This document shows positions 55,198 through 64,000 of a stretch of 64,000 bases of DNA, one piece after another. The DNA lies in the NCBI GenBank assembly GCA_964513645.1, contig CAZENF010000003.1:127914-191913 (forward strand). Reading direction: 5' to 3'. Below the pieces are notes generated by a model, which ran no database searches, was not told the origin of the DNA, and saw only the letters and a list, made by a program, of their open reading frames with translations. Within the stretch, counting starts at the first letter, position 1, and each line of letters starts with the position of its first letter. The translations under genes and the position numbers were made by a program. The DNA is from an uncultured Candidatus Saccharibacteria bacterium (GTDB taxonomy: Bacteria; Patescibacteriota; Minisyncoccia; 2-02-FULL-40-12; GWA2-44-9).

Positions 55198-56643
55198 TTA
55201 TTCCCAGCTTGAGAACCAAACTCTGGCGTGGAAGGCCTTATCTGATAAAGGTGTGCCGTAGCTTAGAGGCGCGAAATAGATGAAAGAAATTACTGCAAGT
55301 ACAACCAGGACCAAAAACATTTTCTGGGGATCTTTTTTAACCGAAAGTTTACCGTGTTTATGTGTAATTTGTTTGAAATAATTATCCAGAAGGTAAGCCA
55401 TGATCATGACGGCAAATATCATCGCCGAAAGATAGTGGTAGAGAAACATTATTCTTTTTATCCCGACATAGGGCAGAAGGTCGAGGATGTATCCTGAAAT
55501 AAGGATAAAAAGAATTGGGGTTACATATTCGGACCTGCTCTCATATCTTCTAAGTTTTTTCCAGAGATAACCGCCGATGAGAAGTAAGGAATAAAGTATC
55601 GCGACGCTCGATGACCACCAGACAACGGGATTGCCGATGAAATAGATGCGTGAATAACCTGGGTCGGGCGGGGTGACAGATGAACTGACCCAGTAATATA
55701 TCGGTCTGAACATGAACGGCCAGGTGTACCATAAACTTGAATAGGGATGGGTTGCGGTCAGGCCCTGATTGACCAGGTACATTTGTTTGTTAAGTTCCCA
55801 GAAACGGCTGAAAATGTTCGGTACTTCTATGTTCGGATCGTTCTGATATTGGTTGCCGTCGAGGGTTTTTTGATAGCCTGCGCTCATGAATGCATCGCCG
55901 GTGCCGGACCTATGCAGTATTCCCGCGTAAGCCATTACTGCTGAAAAATAAACTATGACCGGTACGACAACCAAAGCTACGAGAGTTGTCAGGGTTTTCA
56001 GGTTTTTAAGATAGCCAAACCCGTTCCGGAACATATTTTTTAAAATATCCAATCCTTCAAAAATTACCGGGACCGCAAAGAACGAAAGGCCGACCCATTT
56101 TACCGCAAACGAACAACCGGCAAATACTCCGGTCAGAAACAGGAATTTTTTCTTATGGGTATTCCGATATTTGAAATAGAATAAAAGCGAGAGAAAACCA
56201 TAAAGCAATAGGAAACCGTCCATTAACAGAAAACGTGTCTGGACCAGAAGACCGTTATCGAACACGAGCAATAACGCCCCCAGAAATGAAGTAAAAGGGG
56301 TTATGCCGAGTTCGAGCATTATCAGATAAACTACCGTCGGTAGAACGGCTCCGGCCAGAGACGGCAGGAATCTAAGGATAAAATATTGTTTATCCGGATA
56401 TGTTTCGCCGATATTCTCGAAAGAAAAATTCGGCTGATAGTTCATAAGTTTTGCAAAACCGGAGATTGTCATTCTGGCTAAGGGCGGATGGCCGTCAAAA
56501 TGAAAAGTTCCTTTGATATAGTCATTTACGTGGCGGCCGTACCAGACCTCATCGAAAACAACCTGATTCGGATTGCCATAATAAAGAAAATGGACTAAAA
56601 GTCCGGCGGTTATCAGAACGACGATATATAGTTTATTATTCAT
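55198..56643 (-). CDS. Dolichyl/polyprenyl-phosphate-mannose protein O-mannosyltransferase (GT39, Pmt-like)
   Basis: VVFDE, FDGHPPL, R...A..G, KWVG, HPYSS.WY.WP, GNP..WW, R.MFLYHYL. Confidence 0.85.
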   Translation of the reverse strand: MNNKLYIVVLITAGLLVHFLYYGNPNQVVFDEVWYGRHVNDYIKGTFHFDGHPPLARMTISGFAKLMNYQPNFSFENIGETYPDKQYFILRFLPSLAGAVLPTVVYLIMLELGITPFTSFLGALLLVFDNGLLVQTRFLLMDGFLLLYGFLSLLFYFKYRNTHKKKFLFLTGVFAGCSFAVKWVGLSFFAVPVIFEGLDILKNMFRNGFGYLKNLKTLTTLVALVVVPVIVYFSAVMAYAGILHRSGTGDAFMSAGYQKTLDGNQYQNDPNIEVPNIFSRFWELNKQMYLVNQGLTATHPYSSLWYTWPFMFRPIYYWVSSSVTPPDPGYSRIYFIGNPVVWWSSSVAILYSLLLIGGYLWKKLRRYESRSEYVTPILFILISGYILDLLPYVGIKRIMFLYHYLSAMIFAVMIMAYLLDNYFKQITHKHGKLSVKKDPQKMFLVLVVLAVISFIYFAPLSYGTPLSDKAFHARVWFSSWE

Positions 56644-56673
56644 CCAGGGTATAGTATATTAATTTAAGATATT

Positions 56674-58350
56674 ATGTTCAGGATATTAAAACAATCGGTA
56701 AAAAGCCACCTTTATTACATACTCTTCTTAATTCTAACGCTCGGAACTTATTTTTCAATACTCTTCTCGAAGATACTGTATTTTAAGGATGATGGTATAT
56801 ATGCCGGCCATGTGAATGTCTGGAGCGATTGGGCTCTTCATATCGCGATTGCAAATATTTTCGCTTTCAAAAGTCCTCGGTATTGGTTCGCTTATCATCC
56901 GCTTTATGCCGGCGGCAAGTTCACTTATCCTTTTATGGCTGATATGCTGTCGGGATTTTTAATGCGGCTTGGACTGCCACTAAGACCGGCTTTTATTTTG
57001 CCTTCTGTTCTGATGGTGCTGGTTTTGCTGACCGGTCTTTATTTTTTAATGTATCTTCTGACCCGTTCCAAAAAACTGGCTGTGGTCGCAGTTATGATAT
57101 TTTTTCTGGCCGGTGGATTGGGTTTTATTGATTTTTTGAGAGATGCCTGGCAAAATCACTCGTTCTCTTTTCTGCCTTCAAACATAATGCTTGATTACGG
57201 CCGCCATGATAATTACCAGTGGTATGCCGGAAGTATGGTTGACGGATTGCTTCTGCCTCAACGTGCATTTCTGTTCGGTACGGCTTTGGGAGTCTGGGCT
57301 ATTTTAGGTCTTTTTTATGTTGTTTCAAGAGAAGACAAATTGGCAAAAAATATTAAGACAAATATATTAATTGTTGCCGGTATTTTGGCTGGAATACTGC
57401 CCGTGACCCATGCCCACAGTTTTATTGCCGTCATGGTCACCACCGGACTTTTGTGTTTTTTTAATATAAAAAAATGGATGCTCCTCTGGCCTTACGTTGC
57501 TGTTGCCGGCGTTATCTCATCCGTTCTTTATCTCACGTTCATTTCAGGCGGAATTCAGTCCGGTTCGTTTATCCAGAACCACTTAGGATATACCTCACAA
57601 GGTGATTTCTTTGACTGGTTGAGAATGTGGACCTTATTGTGGGGACTGATGCTCCCGATTGTCATGCTCGCTTTGTTTTTTTTCAGAAAAGAAATAGGAA
57701 CTTCGGGCTGGGCGTTGTATGCGGGGGCGGGCGCTCTTTTTGTGGCGGGAAATATTTTTTATTTTCAGCCGATCGCCTGGGATAATTCAAAAATTTTCTG
57801 GTGGGTTTATCTTCTGTTTTGTGCTCCGGCGGCGATGATACTCGGTAAACTTTGGTCAGGCAGGAACTTTATCTTGAGAGCGACGGCAGTTTTTATTTTT
57901 ACCACCCTTATTTTTACCGGCGTGGTTGATCTGGTCGGTCTTATTCAGATAGACAAGCATAGTTATCAGATGACCTCGGCCGAAGACATGAAACTTGGTT
58001 CCGAGATAAGCCAAAAAACCGACCCTGTGGCGGTTTTCCTTACTGCGCCGTCCCACAATCATTTCATCATGATCTGGGGTATGCGGCCGATACTGATGGG
58101 CTATACGGCCTGGGTCTGGAATTTTGGATTTAATTATAATCAACGTGAAGCCGACTTGAAACAAATGTTCTTAGGCGGAGATAACGCGCCTTCATTGTTA
58201 AAAAAATACAACATCAGCTATGTTGCCATCGGGCCGACCGAACTCCATGACCTGAACGCGAACGAACAATATTTTAAAGGTAATTTTCCTTTAGCTTTCA
58301 AAGATAATAATTACAATATTTATGATACGCGGACTGTTTTAGGACGTTAG
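56674..58350 (+). CDS. Multi-pass GT-C-like membrane protein
   Basis: WSDWALH, YPF..D, LPQRAF, H.HSF, WDNSK; C-terminal LLKKYNISYV.IGP.E domain. Confidence 0.6.
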   Translation: MFRILKQSVKSHLYYILFLILTLGTYFSILFSKILYFKDDGIYAGHVNVWSDWALHIAIANIFAFKSPRYWFAYHPLYAGGKFTYPFMADMLSGFLMRLGLPLRPAFILPSVLMVLVLLTGLYFLMYLLTRSKKLAVVAVMIFFLAGGLGFIDFLRDAWQNHSFSFLPSNIMLDYGRHDNYQWYAGSMVDGLLLPQRAFLFGTALGVWAILGLFYVVSREDKLAKNIKTNILIVAGILAGILPVTHAHSFIAVMVTTGLLCFFNIKKWMLLWPYVAVAGVISSVLYLTFISGGIQSGSFIQNHLGYTSQGDFFDWLRMWTLLWGLMLPIVMLALFFFRKEIGTSGWALYAGAGALFVAGNIFYFQPIAWDNSKIFWWVYLLFCAPAAMILGKLWSGRNFILRATAVFIFTTLIFTGVVDLVGLIQIDKHSYQMTSAEDMKLGSEISQKTDPVAVFLTAPSHNHFIMIWGMRPILMGYTAWVWNFGFNYNQREADLKQMFLGGDNAPSLLKKYNISYVAIGPTELHDLNANEQYFKGNFPLAFKDNNYNIYDTRTVLGR

Positions 58351-59058
58351 CCTGGGGCCGGAAACAGTTCGGCCAGTCAATCTGAACAAAAGGATCTCTT
58401 TAACCGCCCGCAATATAACTTTTACATTCGCTCCGGTTTGTTTGCCTGCAGTGCGAGGATAGTGGGTGACGGGGAGTTGCTTAATCTTGTAACCCATCCG
58501 TTTGGCCCTAACCAGAAGTTCTGTGTTTATCAGAGCGCCGTTAGATTCGAGATGAGCTTTTTCAATCACTTCACGTTTTATTAATTTGAAAGCACAGTCG
58601 ATATCTTTGACCCAAAGGCCGAACAAAATATTTACCGCTAACTTAAAAGTTCCGGCGTTGAGCTTACGTATGAAAGGATCCTGACGGTCGTGGCGGTATC
58701 CGATGACCAGGTCATATTTATCGGCGTATTCACCGAGCTTAGCTATCTCTTTAATATCAAATTGCCTATCTGAATCTGTAAAGAAAACCCAGTCTTTCCG
58801 GGCGGCATCAAAACCGCTTCTGACTGCCGCTCCATAGCCACGGTTTTTAATGTGATGAACCCACCTTATCCGGTCGTCTTCACGGTTTAATTTTTCCAGA
58901 ATCTCCTGGGTGTTATCGCTACTTCCGTCGTTAACTGTGATTACCTCGTAATCCCAACCCAAACTTTCCATGCAATTTTGGATATCTTTTATTAAAAGAG
59001 GCAGATTCTCGGCTTCGTTGTGGGCGGGCAGAACAATGCTTAAACTTAATTTGTTCAT
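58339..59058 (-). CDS. GT2 polyprenol-phosphate glycosyltransferase (Dpm1-like)
   Basis: LPAHNE, NDGSSD, NRGYGAA, TDSDRQF, DIDCAFK, HYPR. Confidence 0.88.
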   Translation of the reverse strand: MNKLSLSIVLPAHNEAENLPLLIKDIQNCMESLGWDYEVITVNDGSSDNTQEILEKLNREDDRIRWVHHIKNRGYGAAVRSGFDAARKDWVFFTDSDRQFDIKEIAKLGEYADKYDLVIGYRHDRQDPFIRKLNAGTFKLAVNILFGLWVKDIDCAFKLIKREVIEKAHLESNGALINTELLVRAKRMGYKIKQLPVTHYPRTAGKQTGANVKVILRAVKEILLFRLTGRTVSGPRLTS

Positions 59059-60434
59059 TTATGTATCTTAAACAATTTTTCCATTAATATCCCGGCCTGA
59101 TATTGAGCCGGGGTTGAACTGACGCCGTAGCTTAAAGGGGCCATAAGGAAGAAAGCTATAATTGAGAAGACGGCCAGGAAACTGAATAATTTCATGCCTT
59201 TTTCCTGACGGGACAGCCAATAAGATAAGATAATAATAGCAAAAACAAGCGCGGCCAGGTAGTGATATAGGAACATTGTCCGCTTGATAGTTACGAAAGG
59301 TAAAAGATTTGCAAAATAACCTCCCAAAAGCAGAAGTTCTGTTTTGCGTCCAGGATTTGGCCGGAAACTTAAATTTCCAAACAAGAGCATGATCACGGTG
59401 GCCGTTCCAAAAGACCAGACAATTGGATTGCCCATCAGATCGATCTGTGGACCATTGGCCGGAGTATTCTCATCCGCGACCCAGTAATCTATCGAGCCGG
59501 CCATCAACGGCCACTCGAACCATTTGCTTGCAAAAGGATGTCCGACGTTGTTGTGGTTATTTGATTCATACATTGCAATATTTATTTCGAAGAATTTTTG
59601 CAGTACACTGGATGGCTTTACCGACGCGTCGGAAGCGTAATTATTATCCTCAAGGGTTTTACGAAAACCAGGTCCGACGGCGGTATCGGCCGGACTATCT
59701 TTATAAAGAAGGCGGAAATCAATGCCAAAGATCGTAAAATAAATCACGACAGGAATTACTATGAATGCGGCGATAAGCAGAAATACTTTTTTAAATTCAA
59801 ACGTCCTCAAACCGTCCCGGTTTATTTCTGATATCATTTCGTAGCCCTCGAACAATAGAGGCAGACCTAAGAAAGAAAGGCCGGTCCATTTGATAGACAA
59901 AGCCAATCCGGCAAATATCCCCGAAGCCAGAAGATGGTAAGTGTCTTTAGTGTTTCGATATTTAAGATAAAAGAGGAAGGAGGTAAAACCGAACAAGAGA
60001 AGGAATGCGTCGAGTAATATATAATGCGACTGGACAAAAACCCCGTTCTCGAAAGTTACTAAAAGTCCTCCCAAAAAAGCCGGCTGATACTCAAGCCCAA
60101 GCTCGATAAGTATCAGGAACATAACGACCGGCAGAAGCGCTCCGGCCAGGTTAGGCAGGGCGCGGAGTATCATGTATTGTTTGTCCGGATAAACGTCTCC
60201 GATATTGGCGAAAGCAAACCCCGGCTTGAAATCGAACAGTTTAGCAAAACCTGCTATCATCATTTTTCCCAAAGGGGGATGGATATCGAAATAGAATTGG
60301 TGCGTGAAGTAAGATGAGACAAATTTACCGAAATGGACCTCGTCAAACACGACCTTATCCGGTTGCGTCAGGAAGATAAAATGCGTCAAAAGGCCAAGCG
60401 CCAGGAGAGTTAGTAAATAGTATTTTTTGGTCAT
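59055..60434 (-). CDS. Second Pmt-like protein O-mannosyltransferase (GT39)
   Basis: VVFDEVHFG, FDIHPPLGK, KWTG, HPFASKW..WP, GNP.VW, RTMFLYHYL. Confidence 0.85.
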   Translation of the reverse strand: MTKKYYLLTLLALGLLTHFIFLTQPDKVVFDEVHFGKFVSSYFTHQFYFDIHPPLGKMMIAGFAKLFDFKPGFAFANIGDVYPDKQYMILRALPNLAGALLPVVMFLILIELGLEYQPAFLGGLLVTFENGVFVQSHYILLDAFLLLFGFTSFLFYLKYRNTKDTYHLLASGIFAGLALSIKWTGLSFLGLPLLFEGYEMISEINRDGLRTFEFKKVFLLIAAFIVIPVVIYFTIFGIDFRLLYKDSPADTAVGPGFRKTLEDNNYASDASVKPSSVLQKFFEINIAMYESNNHNNVGHPFASKWFEWPLMAGSIDYWVADENTPANGPQIDLMGNPIVWSFGTATVIMLLFGNLSFRPNPGRKTELLLLGGYFANLLPFVTIKRTMFLYHYLAALVFAIIILSYWLSRQEKGMKLFSFLAVFSIIAFFLMAPLSYGVSSTPAQYQAGILMEKLFKIHK

Positions 60435-60485
60435 TGGCGTTATGATATACTATATAGGTACAAAATTAAACCTCTAATAAATTTT

Positions 60486-61457
60486 ATGTTCGACCTCATC
60501 ATAATCGGCGGTTCGGCAGCTGCTACGACAGCGGCGATATACGGCGTCAGGCGCGGCCTTAAGTTAAAAATGCTCGCTAAAGATTTCGGCGGAGAAGTTG
60601 CAACTTCAGGTGATATCGGCAATTGGCCGGGCGAAGGCATGACGGATGGCATAACTTTAGCCGGTAAATTTAAAGACCACCTCAAACACTACAATGTCGA
60701 TATGGAAGAAGGGGTCTGGGTTGAAAAAATAGCCAAAGAAGAAGACGGAACTTTTTGTATCTCGACCAACAAGGGCAAATCAAATATGGCCGTGGACAAA
60801 ATGGCCTCTGACACGGCCGGAGGTCTTAAATGTGATTACAAAGCCAAAACCGTCATTGTTGCAACCGGGGTTCATCCCAGAGAACTCGATATTCCGGGTG
60901 AAAAAGAATACCGCAACAAGGGTGTCAGTTATTGCTCTACCTGTGATATGCCTTTGTTCATGGGCAAGACAGTAGCTGTGATAGGAGGCGGTAATTCTGC
61001 CCTCGAGTCCGGTCTGATGGCGGTTGATATTGCTAAAAAGGCCTACATCATAAACAAAAACGCTGTTTTCAAGGGCGATGACGTTTTGCTTAAAAAATTA
61101 GAAGCCGCAAAAGATAAAGTTGAAATAATTTACGAGGCCAAAACAAGCAGGGTCACAGGGGACAAGTTTGTAAATTCGTTGATGTATACTGATAAGAACG
61201 GAAAAGAACACGAGCTAAAAGTTGACGGGATATTTGTTCATATCGGCATGGTGCCGAATTCTGACCTTGTGCCGGATGATGTAGAAAAAAGCAAATTCGG
61301 AGAGATAAAGGTTAACAATAAATGCGAGACGAATATTCCCGGCCTATATGCTGCCGGTGATGTAACGGACGTGGCTTTTAAACAGATAGTTATCGCAGCC
61401 GGCCAGGGTTGTATGGCGGCGTTGAGCGCGGTCCAGTATCTTAATCAAATGAAATAA
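60486..61457 (+). CDS. trxB: Thioredoxin reductase-family flavoprotein
   Basis: IIGG.AA..AA, ATG, GVSYCSTCD, GGGNSA, GLYAAGD, AAGQG. Confidence 0.85.
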   Translation: MFDLIIIGGSAAATTAAIYGVRRGLKLKMLAKDFGGEVATSGDIGNWPGEGMTDGITLAGKFKDHLKHYNVDMEEGVWVEKIAKEEDGTFCISTNKGKSNMAVDKMASDTAGGLKCDYKAKTVIVATGVHPRELDIPGEKEYRNKGVSYCSTCDMPLFMGKTVAVIGGGNSALESGLMAVDIAKKAYIINKNAVFKGDDVLLKKLEAAKDKVEIIYEAKTSRVTGDKFVNSLMYTDKNGKEHELKVDGIFVHIGMVPNSDLVPDDVEKSKFGEIKVNNKCETNIPGLYAAGDVTDVAFKQIVIAAGQGCMAALSAVQYLNQMK

Positions 61458-61897
61458 TGATATACCTCGGTTCCGACCATCGTGGATTTGAATTTAAGGA
61501 TAAATTAAAAAACACTCTGACAGAGTGGAGTTATGAGTTTGAGGATTTGGGTCCGTCCGAATACAACAAAGATGACGATTACCCGGATTATGCGGCCGTA
61601 GTTGGTGAAGCAGTGGCTGGTAAGGAAGACGCCAAGGGTATTCTCATCTGCGGTTCCGGCATTGGCGTTTGTATAGCAGCGAACAAGATAAAAGGCGTCC
61701 GGGCGGGAACGATGTCTACCCCCGAACAAACCAAGGCCTCGGTGTCAGACGAGGATACGAATGTACTTTGCTTATCGGCGGATTATACGGATGAGAAGGT
61801 GAGACTCGAGATAATTAAAACATTCCTTGAAACTAAATTCTCTGGCCTCGAAAGGCACGTCCGGCGGGTAAATAAAATAAAAAATCTCGAAAAATGA
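61457..61897 (+). CDS. rpiB: Ribose-5-phosphate isomerase B
   Basis: GSDHRG, DYPD, CGSGIG, ANK.KG.R, RH.RRV. Confidence 0.92.
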   Translation: MIYLGSDHRGFEFKDKLKNTLTEWSYEFEDLGPSEYNKDDDYPDYAAVVGEAVAGKEDAKGILICGSGIGVCIAANKIKGVRAGTMSTPEQTKASVSDEDTNVLCLSADYTDEKVRLEIIKTFLETKFSGLERHVRRVNKIKNLEK

Positions 61898-62532
61898 CAG
61901 ATATAATTCCCGCGATTCTGACCGATTCTCCTGAAAAGTTCAAAGAACTGGTTCGCCGTTTCGAACCCTATGCCAAAAGAATTCACATTGATTGTGCGGA
62001 CGGGAATTTTGTGCCCAATCAAACCGTTAAAGCTTTTGAGCTTATCCCGTTGATAGAATCAGCTTCAAGATACGATATTCATCTGATGGTCCGTGAGCCG
62101 GCCCAGCATCTCAAACAATGGTTCTATACTCACGCTGACAGATTTATAATTCACGCTGAATCGGAAGGCGACCTGCTTAAAATAACCGATGAATTTCACA
62201 AGCATAACCGCAAGGTCGGTTTAGCGTTTAATCCCGAGACGGATATTGGTAGTTTTGAGGATATAATCAAGAACTTTGATTTTGTTCAGTTCATGACCGT
62301 TCACCCTGGTTTTCAGGGCGGGAAATTTGTAAAAGAAGTTGTTGATAAAATCTCGGCTTTTCATCAGAAATATCCTGATATAATGATTATGGCCGATGGC
62401 GGGATAACTCCCGAAACTGCTCCTCAATTAGCCAAGGCCGGAGTATCGTCCCTGGTTTCCGGCAGTTATTTAGTTAAGAGCAAAAATTTCGAGGAATCAA
62501 TCAATGAACTAAAAAATTCATGTACGACATAA
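61894..62532 (+). CDS. rpe: Ribulose-phosphate 3-epimerase
   Basis: IPAIL, HIDCADGNFVPN, DIHLMV, MTVHPGFQG, ADGGI, VSGS. Confidence 0.92.
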   Translation: MTDIIPAILTDSPEKFKELVRRFEPYAKRIHIDCADGNFVPNQTVKAFELIPLIESASRYDIHLMVREPAQHLKQWFYTHADRFIIHAESEGDLLKITDEFHKHNRKVGLAFNPETDIGSFEDIIKNFDFVQFMTVHPGFQGGKFVKEVVDKISAFHQKYPDIMIMADGGITPETAPQLAKAGVSSLVSGSYLVKSKNFEESINELKNSCTT

Positions 62533-63500
62533 TTTCCATCGGTTCTGCGACCCGCGACGTATTCTTCGGAGCCGATGATATCAAAAAATTCAAGATGGAT
62601 GAGTTTCCGACCGGCGAGGCGGTCTGTTTAGGCTACGGCTCAAAGATAGAGATGAAAAAAATCGTCCTGACCTCAGGCGGCGGGGGTACGAATGCTGCGG
62701 TTACCTTTGCCCGTCAGGGCCTTAAGACAGCCAATATCGGAGTAGTCGGTAAGGACTTTAACGGTACTGAGATACTCAATGAGTTAAAAAGCGAAGGCAT
62801 AGATGTGAGTCATTTTCAGAAACATGAGGATGACCTCACGGCCTATTCTGTCATCCTTGTTCATCCGGACGGCGAAAGGACGATATTATCATATAAAGGC
62901 GAAGGCCAGCATTTTGAAGCGGCTAAAATAGATTTTGATAAACTTCAATCAAAATGGCTTTTCCTCGATAGCTTGGGCGGCCATTTGGATTTTCTTGAAA
63001 AAGCGGTCAATTGGGCCAACAAGAACGGCGTCAAAATTGCCACCAATCCCGGCGGCAGAGAACTTGCCCAAGGCCTTGAAAAATTAAAACCATTTTTAAA
63101 AAATTACTCCATCGTGATAATGAATCAGGAGGAAGCGGCCGGACTCTCGGGTATAGATTATAAGAATGAGTCAGAGATATTTAAATTTATGGACAAGCTT
63201 ATCGGCGGGATATTTGTTATGACCAAAGGACCGGAAGGGGTTGTGGTCTCGGACGGCAAAAATATATATTCGGCCGGGGTACCGGATTCGCCGGTCGTTG
63301 AGAGGACCGGGGCTGGGGATGCGTTCAGTTCAGGTTTCGTGGTAGAATACATTAGGTCAGGTGATATTGTGAAGGCAGTACAGTTTGCGACCGCTAATTC
63401 TTCTTCGGTCGTGACCCAGTATGGTGCTAAAGCCGGAATTTTGAAAAAAGGAGATTGGGGACCATGGAAATTGGTAGATGTGTCCGTAAAACCGGTATAA
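62520..63500 (+). CDS. PfkB-family carbohydrate kinase
   Basis: GGGGTNAAV, G.VG.D, ERTIL, NQEE, TKG.EG, TGAGDAF. Confidence 0.92.
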   Translation: MYDIISIGSATRDVFFGADDIKKFKMDEFPTGEAVCLGYGSKIEMKKIVLTSGGGGTNAAVTFARQGLKTANIGVVGKDFNGTEILNELKSEGIDVSHFQKHEDDLTAYSVILVHPDGERTILSYKGEGQHFEAAKIDFDKLQSKWLFLDSLGGHLDFLEKAVNWANKNGVKIATNPGGRELAQGLEKLKPFLKNYSIVIMNQEEAAGLSGIDYKNESEIFKFMDKLIGGIFVMTKGPEGVVVSDGKNIYSAGVPDSPVVERTGAGDAFSSGFVVEYIRSGDIVKAVQFATANSSSVVTQYGAKAGILKKGDWGPWKLVDVSVKPV

Positions 63501-63533
63501 AAAAGCCCCACCCAGATTTCTCTGAATGGGGCT
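63499..63533. terminator. Terminator hairpin, U-tract on the minus strand
   Basis: AGCCCCA...TGGGGCT stem preceded by an A-tract on the plus strand. Confidence 0.6.
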
Positions 63534-63650
63534 CGACGACAACGCCGGCGCCGCGGACGTGGATTATATGCCCTTCCACCGAATCGGGGTTCTCACATTG
63601 AGCCTCCTTCCTTGAAGAACTGACAGATCGGATCGACTCCGAACTGTTCG
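63499..63650 (-). ncRNA. Candidate small RNA or small-peptide transcript
   Basis: TTGACA-18-TATACT promoter (63685-63656), GC-rich body with AAGGAGG, terminator at 63533-63499. Confidence 0.35.
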
Positions 63651-63696
63651 GTAAGAGTATATCATAAATCACATAGTTTTGTCAATAGATTAAAAT

Positions 63697-64000
63697 ATGG
63701 AAAATTCATATACAAAAATAGCAAAAATGCTCCGTATCTCCCCGGGAGATCTTTTGAACATTGACCAGAAAATGTCCGCAATAACGGGTCAGAAGGGCGT
63801 AATGGACGCAATTGCCCAGGAATCGGATGAACTGGTCAAGAAAAATTTAAATGAGCTTGGTCTGGCCAAAGATGCCACGGCCGAGGAGGTATATCGGGTT
63901 TTGATAAACCGTCTTACCCATCTTGATAATCATCTTTTCGAACTTTTAGGCAAGCCGGACCTGATGAGCATGTCCGCGACCTGCGGTAAGATGTGCGAAG
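63697..64000 (+). CDS. Hypothetical protein, truncated by the window end
   Basis: Open frame from ATG 63697 (MENSYTKIAKMLRISP...) to the edge. Confidence 0.7.
   Translation, partial: MENSYTKIAKMLRISPGDLLNIDQKMSAITGQKGVMDAIAQESDELVKKNLNELGLAKDATAEEVYRVLINRLTHLDNHLFELLGKPDLMSMSATCGKMCE

Noticed and set aside
63540-63650. SRP RNA, 6S RNA or tmRNA
   Set aside because: No convincing SRP domain IV, long 6S rod or tRNA-like ends visible
1-64000. Prophage, transposase, defence system, tRNA or rRNA genes; alternative genetic code
   Set aside because: No supporting motifs seen; TGA terminates conserved genes such as msrA at the expected position

Overview
Gene-dense bacterial chromosome segment using the standard code (TGA serves as stop). 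Gene content (compact type IV pilus operon, sortase, ECF sigma/DUF5667-like pair, GH130/GlgA/GH57, Pmt-type glycosyltransferases, almost no biosynthetic genes) suggests a Patescibacteria/CPR (Parcubacteria-like) genome; this is inference. No rRNA, tRNA, CRISPR array or transposase was recognised. Main blocks: mannoside/alpha-glucan genes (0-11 kb); a redox cluster msrA-msrB-thioredoxin plus pgi (12-17 kb); an NMP-kinase/CYTH fusion; a pilus operon (19-24.5 kb); a ~19 kb surface-glycan locus with unusual fusions (24.6-43.8 kb); a kynurenine 3-monooxygenase homolog; a sortase with its likely substrate; nfo, tgt, SOD; two protein O-mannosyltransferases; and trxB-rpiB-rpe-pfkB. The most striking signal is a set of non-coding palindromic elements. 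One is a 78-nt inverted-repeat element flanked by an ATGAA duplication and inserted in frame in msrA (+26 aa). Two ~220-240-nt rod-like elements fill the msrA-msrB gap, a 125-nt branched element lies at 4371-4495, and several small palindromes share ATCCCG...CGGGAT ends. A probable ECF promoter motif (GTAAS-N16-CGTCT) occurs three times, and many genes look leaderless. All family assignments come from motif recognition by eye, not database searches.
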